A DNA stretch of 40,912 bases. Origin: Thermodesulfovibrionales bacterium (GTDB taxonomy: Bacteria; Nitrospirota; Thermodesulfovibrionia; Thermodesulfovibrionales; UBA9159). A program made the position numbers and the translations under genes. The stretch covers positions 1-40,912 of the forward strand of contig DATKOU010000219.1 of NCBI GenBank assembly GCA_035524455.1. The letters are read 5' to 3'. The notes below the pieces were generated by a model. That model was not told the origin of the DNA. It was given only the letters and a program-made list of their open reading frames with translations, and ran no database searches. Shown in pieces: positions 34,254-40,912 of the stretch (position 1 is the first letter of the stretch; every line of letters starts with the position of its first letter).

Positions 34254-35255
34254 TTACTCCTTTTCCACTGGGATCCCAGCCCCTTTCATCTTTTCCCTGA
34301 ACTCTTCCTCATATTCCTCATAGCTATGAACTTTCACAGGATAATTCCAGGGGTTGATATGTCTTTTCATGCGACTGTCGTTCGCCATGTTCCTCGTGGG
34401 GCTGAGGAAGATCCCGCCCATATGCATCAGCTTGCTGAAAGGAAAGTAGGCCAGAAGTGCGCTGACGAGGAAGAGATGAATGTAGAAAATAACCCCGGTC
34501 CCTTCAAGCACCTTGGGGTCATAACTAAAACTGATTAATCCTATAGCCAGTTCCTTGATGCCCGTCACATTCACCTTGAAAAAATACCTCATAAGAACCC
34601 CTGAAAGCGCAATACTGAAAATAAGAAAGAGGGGGAAGTAGTCTGCGGGGAGAGAGATATAGCGCACCTGCGGGAGCAATACTCTTCTTATAAAGAGATA
34701 TGTCACTGCAGCAAGGATCACTGCATCAGTAATATATAAAAGAGGAGCACCGATCTGGAGGAAACTATCCAGCCCCTCGATCATTTTTATAGGGACAGGC
34801 ACCTTCTCGAAAAAGAATCTCATATGTCTGACCACGATGAAAAGAAAGGACCAGTGGAACGCCAGTCCTGCCAGCCAAAGCCACTTCGCCTCTCCATATA
34901 CAAGCTTTGTCCCGTCATAGAGCTGAGTTTTGAGGTTCCTGAAGAGGGAACGGAAAAGAAGGACCTCCAGGGCCATCCTTCCGATAACGTCAAGGGTACT
35001 GGAGGGGCTTTCCAGCTTATTTTGCTTGATCCATGGCAATGATTTCTCCTGACCACAGGTGGTGGGTATGCAGAATGGCACAGGCGAACTCCCCCACCAA
35101 AAGAGGACGCGGTAAATAATGCCCACAAGGAACGTGCCAAAAGCTACATAGGGGATGAGAACTCCAAAGAGGAAGTGCAGGCTGGCCCCTTTCACGCCAA
35201 TGAAGGCGATAAGTGTAAGTATAATCACTGCAAAAAACGCAAATACGGATCCCAT
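34254..35255 (-). CDS. dsrM: DsrM (NarI-like diheme cytochrome b membrane subunit)
   Basis: 333 aa and polytopic. It lies immediately upstream of dsrK with a 2-nt gap. Confidence 0.85.
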   Translation of the reverse strand: MGSVFAFFAVIILTLIAFIGVKGASLHFLFGVLIPYVAFGTFLVGIIYRVLFWWGSSPVPFCIPTTCGQEKSLPWIKQNKLESPSSTLDVIGRMALEVLLFRSLFRNLKTQLYDGTKLVYGEAKWLWLAGLAFHWSFLFIVVRHMRFFFEKVPVPIKMIEGLDSFLQIGAPLLYITDAVILAAVTYLFIRRVLLPQVRYISLPADYFPLFLIFSIALSGVLMRYFFKVNVTGIKELAIGLISFSYDPKVLEGTGVIFYIHLFLVSALLAYFPFSKLMHMGGIFLSPTRNMANDSRMKRHINPWNYPVKVHSYEEYEEEFREKMKGAGIPVEKE

Positions 35256-35299
35256 GGTATTACCTCTTGTTATCCTCGGTTAACAACATTATCACCTAC

Positions 35300-35836
35300 T
35301 CAGTCCGATTGTTCCTTTTGCCCCTCAGATACCAGATTCGCCATCTGAAGCAGCCTGAAGGTCCTGTTTTTTACTTCGTTCGACTTGAGTTCATACACCT
35401 TTTCCCTGCATTTCACAAAGATATCAAAGGAGATGAGGGCAATGGCATCTATCCTGGACTCAAGTGTCGCCATCTCCGCGGAGAATTCCTTTGCCTCTGA
35501 TGCCAGCTCTTCCCTGATCGCATTCCTCAGGTGAAACACAAAGGAGAGAGCCTGCGACGGTCTCAGATCCTGCACAGCCCTGATCCGCACAATACCTTCG
35601 AGAAAGGGAACCATCCCCTCAAAGTCTGGCCCTTTTTCATCAATGAGCTTGTCAAGAATGTTTTCCAATCCATGGGAAATTGTGTATCCTACCGGATTAG
35701 TGAACTGTTTTTTTTCATTTTTCAAAAGGCCTGCGGTATCCGAAGGATATGGCTCCATGGCGATATCAAACCATCTCTTCACAAGAGCAGATTTTTTCTG
35801 GGCCAGGAAATCCCAGAGAGTCATGGCACCACCCAT
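35300..35836 (-). CDS. RsbRD_N-like domain protein in the position of DsrT (upstream of dsrM)
   Basis: 178 aa beginning LWDFLAQKKSALVKRWFDIAMEPYPSDTAGLLKNEKKQFTNPVG. The domain call is from memory of the RsbRD N-terminal family, and the DsrT equivalence rests on position only. Confidence 0.5.
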   Translation of the reverse strand: MGGAMTLWDFLAQKKSALVKRWFDIAMEPYPSDTAGLLKNEKKQFTNPVGYTISHGLENILDKLIDEKGPDFEGMVPFLEGIVRIRAVQDLRPSQALSFVFHLRNAIREELASEAKEFSAEMATLESRIDAIALISFDIFVKCREKVYELKSNEVKNRTFRLLQMANLVSEGQKEQSD

Positions 35837-35950
35837 GCGGGAATTAGTAGCGGTACTTTGAGGAGGGTCCTCAGAGAAACAGCATACATCGCATCACACA
35901 TATGGTTCTACTCTTTCCCCTCCCCTTTCATTTGAGCAATACAAACTTGA

Positions 35951-35976
35951 GGTGAGATAGGAGGCCCTATCTCACC
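35951..35976 (-). terminator. Hairpin terminator/attenuator after dsrC
   Basis: A perfect 11-bp stem GGTGAGATAGG/CCTATCTCACC with a 4-nt loop lies 20 nt past the dsrC stop. On the minus strand it is followed by UCAAGUUUGUAUUG. Confidence 0.5.
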
Positions 35977-35995
35977 ATTCGCAGCGCGTATCTGT

Positions 35996-36331
35996 CTATA
36001 CACATCCTGTCGGTTTCGGAAGTCCGGCAATCTTACATGCCTGTTTTGCAGGCCCGCCCGGATACAGCTCGTAGAGATACTTGGTATTCCCTTTTTCCGG
36101 ACCCATAACCTTTCCAAGTTCCTTTACCAGAATCTTTATCATGGGTGCAATCTGGTACTTCTGGTAATAATCCCTAAGGAAATTGACCACCTCCCAGTGG
36201 GCGTCGGTCATCTCAATGTCTTCTGTTTTTGCAATGTGAGCTGCCAGTTCCTTGCTCCAGTCATCGAGGTTTATAAGGTAACCATCCTCGTCAATCTCAT
36301 ACTGTTTGCCCTGAAATTCCATCATTGGCAT
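35996..36331 (-). CDS. dsrC: DsrC (dissimilatory sulfite reductase gamma-subunit-like sulfur carrier)
   Basis: 111 aa with the canonical C-terminal arm ACKIAGLPKPTGCV and a GGAGGAATTTGTT RBS. Confidence 0.95.
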   Translation of the reverse strand: MPMMEFQGKQYEIDEDGYLINLDDWSKELAAHIAKTEDIEMTDAHWEVVNFLRDYYQKYQIAPMIKILVKELGKVMGPEKGNTKYLYELYPGGPAKQACKIAGLPKPTGCV

Positions 36332-36513
36332 AACAAATTCCTCCTTTCTACCTTTTATCTCATTTGATTCTTCTCACTCGAAGGGAGCCCCTCCTTGTAT
36401 ATCCGCGATTGATAATTGCTGAGAAAGCTCACTCACAAGAAGTGTTACACAATAATACAATGGACCACCCATGGTCAAATAAAAATAACTTATTGGCAAA
36501 TTTGTGTCATTTA

Positions 36514-36870
36514 TCATTTTGGCCCGACCTTTATGAGGATGATCTTGCCTGTATAATCCCTTCGCATATCCCTTATTTCCCACATCCTATGCGTTCTCAT
36601 ATCATAGTTACGCACCGCTTCATGAAAGCTCTCGGCATCAAGGGATTGCACCTTATTCCAATCCCCGCCGGATGCGTAGATCAGCGCGTCAAGGTATGCC
36701 TCGCCCACATTATGCCCGGTCGGGTCACATGCATAGACAGCCCCGCACTCACATTTCCCTCCGATGAATTCCCCCGTATCAGTCCTGATCGTTTCTGGCA
36801 TAGGCAGTGTTCCGCTACAAAAGGGACATCGAGCCGATTCATCCTTGTCTTGTCTTAGCCTTGGCTTCAA
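36514..36870 (-). CDS. Hypothetical Cys-rich (zinc-ribbon-like) protein
   Basis: 118 aa with CPFCSG...KCECGAVYAC at the N-terminus followed by a helical tail. It is co-oriented with the upstream gene, 27 nt away. Confidence 0.6.
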   Translation of the reverse strand: MKPRLRQDKDESARCPFCSGTLPMPETIRTDTGEFIGGKCECGAVYACDPTGHNVGEAYLDALIYASGGDWNKVQSLDAESFHEAVRNYDMRTHRMWEIRDMRRDYTGKIILIKVGPK

Positions 36871-36897
36871 TCAACCCTCCTTATTGAGATGGATGAT

Positions 36898-37575
36898 TTA
36901 TGTGTAACTTTGCTCGTCCAATACCCTTTGTGCAACATCGCCTACTGTCCTTTCAACCAATTCGCGATCCTCATACACCCTGAAGCGCTCCCCGTCACGA
37001 ATCAGGAAGTTCACCTTGTCGCTCATTATGTTGAACGTTGAAACAGCAGAGAGTGCAAGCCCCCTCACCAACGGGCTTCTGTGTGAGAGGGACTGTATCA
37101 CGAGTTCCTCAGCACCCTCTCCATTGTTCATCCCGGCCCCTGCAATCCTTCCTATCGCCCAGAGGACTCCCGGAAGAAAGCTTTCTTCATCCTTAAATGA
37201 GAGGAGTATGGGCGGGATATCTCTACAAGTTTCGGGAGTATTGATGACAATCTCTCCTAGCATCTCGGCAGCACTCCATCCAATGCCTCCGGACTCCTCG
37301 CCCATGGACCATAGAAGACGCTGGACGATATTTCTCACTGTTGACGGATCCCTCTCTGCAACAGCGCCCGCAGCAATCCCCATGGCTTCGATAGCTCTCC
37401 AGCATAAAACGCTTTCCTTATCATACGTGAATGAGATCAATATACTGAAGACTTTTTTGTTTTCCAAGGCACGCTGCACAACCTTTGCAAAATCCTCTTC
37501 AAAGAGTGCATCTCTTATCTCTTCCTTCAACAGCCCCACTCGTAGACTCTCGATACCCTGTGATACATAACGCAT
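36898..37575 (-). CDS. Hypothetical HEAT/ARM-like repeat protein
   Basis: 225 aa with repetitive helical segments (CWRAIEAMGIAAG, LLWSMGEESGGIGWSAAEMLGEI, VLWAIGRIAGAG, RGLALSAV). The family was not firmly recognised. Confidence 0.6.
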   Translation of the reverse strand: MRYVSQGIESLRVGLLKEEIRDALFEEDFAKVVQRALENKKVFSILISFTYDKESVLCWRAIEAMGIAAGAVAERDPSTVRNIVQRLLWSMGEESGGIGWSAAEMLGEIVINTPETCRDIPPILLSFKDEESFLPGVLWAIGRIAGAGMNNGEGAEELVIQSLSHRSPLVRGLALSAVSTFNIMSDKVNFLIRDGERFRVYEDRELVERTVGDVAQRVLDEQSYT

Positions 37576-37682
37576 AAATTGTCACTCCCTGTGCGCCGGT
37601 AATACATTTTTTCTTATGAGTATCTCCTCACGGTTTTTTTCTCATCAAACCCACCGGTCTTAATGGCCCCTCAACAAACCCT

Positions 37683-39086
37683 TCAGGCACTGAGCGAAGT
37701 CCGGGTTTTGCTGAATTTCTTCGCCAGCCTTACCATCGCCTCAACCCAATCCGGTGCACCATACGCATGCAGGTGGGTGTAAGTGGCAAACACATTCTTA
37801 TACAATAGACCATCCACGCCACCGCCGATTCCATTCCCTCTCCTCATCCTGAACGCTGTAGGGAGCATATCATCCCCAGGGGGGTTCAGAACAGCAGAAT
37901 AATGGAATTCATGTCCATGCATGATGGTTCCCACCGGATAAAAAGGATTCTGTTGTTCCACCTCTACAACGGTATATCCATGGGCCTGCGGCCTGGTCCT
38001 CATCTCGAACATAAGGGGGAAGACGCCTGCCATGGGATACTTCTCTCCATTCACCACAAGGGCGTCACCAAGGAACATAAGCCCTCCACATTCAGCATAC
38101 ACGGGAAGCCCTTCTTCGATAGCGCTGCGAAGGGCATTTTTGAATTTTACGTTTCGCGCAAGGGCTAAGGCATGGGTTTCCGGGAACCCGCCCCCTATGT
38201 AAAGGGCATGGATGTCAGGAAGCAGGTCATCTTCCAGCGAGTTTATTTCCACAATCAGAGCTCCCTTTTTCTCAAGTTCCTCAAAGTTTTCCGGATAATA
38301 GAACTGGAATGCGGTGTCCCGAATCACTCCGATCTTTACGTTCCTTTCATCAGCATTCCACTTGAACCCTGCACGATCTTTATCTGGCAGCGGTTCTGCT
38401 TCGTTCGCGACCTTTAGAATCCCTTCAATGTCAAGATACTTTATTGCCATGCCCTCCACCACCGATATCGCGCGGTCCGTATCATCGTGTTCCTGGTAGG
38501 GAGTCAGCCCCATATGGCGTTCGGGGAGGTCTCCAGAGCGCAGTCTCGGCACCGCCCCCAGCACAGGCAATGCACAGTATTTCTCAATGGATTTTCTGAC
38601 TACCGCCTCATGTCTGCCTCCTGATATCTGGTTCAGGACTACTCCCTTAATGCTGACTTGCGTATCCAGCTGCATACAGCCCAATACTAACGCGGCGGCT
38701 GTTCTCGTCATCTTAGTACAATCTATGACCAGGATCACGGGAGACTTCAACAGCTTTGAGACCTCTGCAGTACTGTATGAGCCTTCTTCATCCACGCCGT
38801 CATACAGTCCTCTGTTGCCTTCGATTACCGCAACATCGCCGTCAAAATGGGAGACAAACGATTCCAATGCCTTTTCTCTAGGCATGAGAAAGGGGTCAAG
38901 GTTATAGCATGGCTTGCCAGCGGCATGGGCGAGCCACCCCGCATCTATATAGTCAGGACCCTTCTTGTACGGAATAACCCTTAATCCCTTGTGGGACTTT
39001 AACGCAGCAACAAGGCCCAGGGCAATAGTGGTTTTCCCTGATCCACCCTTGAGCCCGGCAATAACCAGTCTGGGACAATTAAGCAT
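37683..39086 (-). CDS. dsrN: DsrN-type cobyrinate a,c-diamide synthase homologue (siroheme amidase candidate)
   Basis: 467 aa with N-terminal P-loop VIAGLKGGSGKTTIALGL and a C-terminal glutamine amidotransferase domain carrying YAECGGLMFLG. It lies in a dsr locus. Confidence 0.8.
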   Translation of the reverse strand: MLNCPRLVIAGLKGGSGKTTIALGLVAALKSHKGLRVIPYKKGPDYIDAGWLAHAAGKPCYNLDPFLMPREKALESFVSHFDGDVAVIEGNRGLYDGVDEEGSYSTAEVSKLLKSPVILVIDCTKMTRTAAALVLGCMQLDTQVSIKGVVLNQISGGRHEAVVRKSIEKYCALPVLGAVPRLRSGDLPERHMGLTPYQEHDDTDRAISVVEGMAIKYLDIEGILKVANEAEPLPDKDRAGFKWNADERNVKIGVIRDTAFQFYYPENFEELEKKGALIVEINSLEDDLLPDIHALYIGGGFPETHALALARNVKFKNALRSAIEEGLPVYAECGGLMFLGDALVVNGEKYPMAGVFPLMFEMRTRPQAHGYTVVEVEQQNPFYPVGTIMHGHEFHYSAVLNPPGDDMLPTAFRMRRGNGIGGGVDGLLYKNVFATYTHLHAYGAPDWVEAMVRLAKKFSKTRTSLSA

Positions 39087-39209
39087 GATTTATTATAACA
39101 CCAAGGTGCATAAAGGAGAGATGACCTATAGCGGACAAGGATTTTCGTAAGTAGTACGGGAAGCAGCGTTGAGAGAACCATTCTCCTATGGGGAAACTTC
39201 AATAAAAAA

Positions 39210-39237
39210 GGGGGGGAGGACAGCATCCTCCCCCCCC
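39210..39237 (-). terminator. Rho-independent terminator after the molybdopterin-oxidoreductase-family gene
   Basis: The GGGGGGGAGGA / TCCTCCCCCCC stem has a 5-nt loop and is flanked by A-runs and T-runs. It lies 5 nt past the stop at 39242. Confidence 0.7.
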
Positions 39238-39241
39238 TTTT

Positions 39242-40912
39242 TTATCTGCTTTCGCTAATCGGTTCGATACGGACCGCACAGCTCGGGACCGCACCGTCGT
39301 GGGCAATACCCGTGAGGTTATTCACATTCGCTAAAGGGAAGTGGATGGGGACATAGGCCACGCCGGGTTTTGCGTCACTGGTAATGTGCGCTTTTATCAC
39401 TATTGAACCGTGGCGTGAGGTGACGGTAACAAACCGGTTGTTCTGGATACCATAACGGACAGCATCCTTCTCGCTCACCTCAATAAACCCTTCTGGCTTG
39501 ACCTTTCTGAGATTTCTCGAAGCGAGGGAAAGCGTCCCGGAGTGCTGCATGAGGGTTACGGTGATCATGAGAATGGGGTACTTTTCGTCCGGACTCTCAA
39601 GCTGACGAAACTCGGTAGGTACCAACCTCGGCAAATCAGCATAGGCGTCCACCTCAATTCTTGCTATCTCTTCCCTGAGGGAATGAAAGTCATTCTTGCC
39701 CACACTGGGGTCAAAGAGACGCGCAAGCTCATTGAGCGCCTGCCATGCAGGCTGCGCCTCGCCAGGGGGGGTGAGCATCTTCCTTGTCATCTGCGAAATA
39801 TCGGCCGCGTTCACGTATGTCCCGTCCGTCTCTACCCACACGGCAGTGGGCAACACCACATGGGCAAGCTTAGCGGTCTCTGTGAGCCATTCGTCCTGGA
39901 CAACGAGAAAATCGAGGGCGCTTATCATCTGCTTCACCCGGCTCGCATTGGGAAAATTGACCACTGGGTCTTCCCCCATTACGAACAGGGCGTTTATCCG
40001 GTCTGGTTCATAGAGCATCTGGAAGGCGTCCTTGCCACCAGGGGTAAGCTTCTGAAACCCAGGGAGACGATCGGGTGCAACCCCCATCTTCCACATGCCG
40101 AAGCTATTGTTGTATTCACACGGTATTTGAAGTCCCCGGGGGCCTTCGCCGGTGAGCATGAGGAGATTTGCCGCGGTAAGCACCGTATTTTTCCCCTTCT
40201 CGTTTTCGTTCGCCCCAAGGCTCATCGCAATAACCCGTGGAGACGATTCAAGAAAGAGCGAGGCAGTGTCCACCACCTCTTTTTCCGATATGCCGGTCGC
40301 AGATGCCACATATGATGGCGTAAAAGAACTTACAGAAGCGGCAAGCTCATTAAAGTGGGGGATTGAAGGAGCGTCCTTCTTGAGATGGGTTCCTTGAGCA
40401 AGAGCGAGATGGATAATACCCTTGAGAAGCGCCTCTGAAGTGGACGGGTTAACAGAAAGCCACTGGTCTGCATGTATGGCTAATTTTGTTCTCCTTGGCT
40501 GGACCGCGATGAGCTTCGTCCCCTGGTGCTTCGCCCTGATGAAATTTAATGACCATACAGGGTGGGTAGTATCCAATTCAGACTCTATAACCATTACTAC
40601 GCCTGCACCTATTGGCGCGGTCTGCTCAACAGAGAGAGCGGTAAGGCCAAAGACCTCTTCCACAGCCTCCTGCATCTTTGCGAACCCAAAACGCGCGATA
40701 GAGTCAATGTTGTGGCTTTCCAGCACCTGGCGCATGAATTTCTGGAGCATGTAGTTGTCTTCGTTACTGAACCGCGGAGAACCAATGGCGCCGATACGCT
40801 CTGCCCCCTTCTTCTCCTTTATCCATCGGAGAGACTCTGCGATATGGTCAAGGGCTTCTTCCCACGAGGCACGCTGAAGCATTCCCTCGCGTCGAATAAG
40901 AGGTGTGGTGAG
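39242..40912 (-). CDS. Molybdopterin (bis-PGD) oxidoreductase family protein, formate-dehydrogenase-alpha/NuoG-like; N-terminus off the right edge
   Basis: ORF track 39242..40882. The frame stays open to 40912 (LTTPLIRREGMLQRASWEEALDHIAESL). It is collinear by eye with FdhF-type enzymes. Confidence 0.75.
   Translation of the reverse strand, partial: LTTPLIRREGMLQRASWEEALDHIAESLRWIKEKKGAERIGAIGSPRFSNEDNYMLQKFMRQVLESHNIDSIARFGFAKMQEAVEEVFGLTALSVEQTAPIGAGVVMVIESELDTTHPVWSLNFIRAKHQGTKLIAVQPRRTKLAIHADQWLSVNPSTSEALLKGIIHLALAQGTHLKKDAPSIPHFNELAASVSSFTPSYVASATGISEKEVVDTASLFLESSPRVIAMSLGANENEKGKNTVLTAANLLMLTGEGPRGLQIPCEYNNSFGMWKMGVAPDRLPGFQKLTPGGKDAFQMLYEPDRINALFVMGEDPVVNFPNASRVKQMISALDFLVVQDEWLTETAKLAHVVLPTAVWVETDGTYVNAADISQMTRKMLTPPGEAQPAWQALNELARLFDPSVGKNDFHSLREEIARIEVDAYADLPRLVPTEFRQLESPDEKYPILMITVTLMQHSGTLSLASRNLRKVKPEGFIEVSEKDAVRYGIQNNRFVTVTSRHGSIVIKAHITSDAKPGVAYVPIHFPLANVNNLTGIAHDGAVPSCAVRIEPISESR

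Noticed and set aside
39542-40315. 257-aa plus-strand ORF
   Set aside because: It lies antisense to the molybdopterin oxidoreductase gene and has no recognisable features.
1-40912. Search for CRISPR arrays, rRNA genes, IS elements with terminal inverted repeats, and additional tRNAs
   Set aside because: No regularly spaced 25-40-bp repeats, no rRNA-like conserved blocks and no transposase-like ORFs were seen. Only the two tRNAs and the one tRNA fragment are supported.

Overview
This is about 41 kb from an anaerobic bacterium with dissimilatory sulfur metabolism. By eye the backbone is mid-40s % GC. No rRNA, CRISPR array or intact transposase was seen.

Left third (1-9.8 kb): a PEP-utilising-enzyme-like gene, a sensor-less hybrid histidine kinase with a CheY-like regulator, and a Usp gene. 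These are followed by a GntR/TSUP(TauE)/2-TM-protein operon and a sigma-54 activator with a candidate sigma-54 promoter and repeated sites just downstream.

10-15.4 kb: a second, minimal dsrM/dsrK-like pair is bracketed by two homologous ~115-bp ATTCCG-rich repeats. Next come a second DsrC paralogue that keeps both redox cysteines, a duplicated promoter-like block, a small two-CW cysteine-rich protein and a membrane-anchored unknown. The region ends in a C-terminal stub of a tyrosine recombinase.

15.4-23.8 kb: a GC-richer, integrase-less island is delimited by a perfect 44-45 bp direct repeat, which is the 3' part of tRNA-Glu(CUC). It carries a PIN/RHH toxin-antitoxin pair and a complete four-gene Wadjet (JetABCD) operon. 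tRNA-Glu and tRNA-Gln follow.

Right third (24-41 kb): an oxygen-defence cluster (Isf-like flavoprotein, flavodiiron protein, ferritin-like protein) and an alpha/beta hydrolase. A plus-strand dsrH-E-F-like/tusA operon faces a classical minus-strand dsr locus. That locus reads dsrN, two conserved unknowns, dsrC, an RsbRD_N protein, dsrMKJOP, usp and ferredoxin. A partial molybdopterin-oxidoreductase-family gene runs off the right edge.

The most promising places for something undescribed are the accessory stretch at 13.2-16.8 kb next to Wadjet and the repeat-bracketed dsrMK/dsrC paralogue module. All product calls come from motif recognition by eye. No searches were run.
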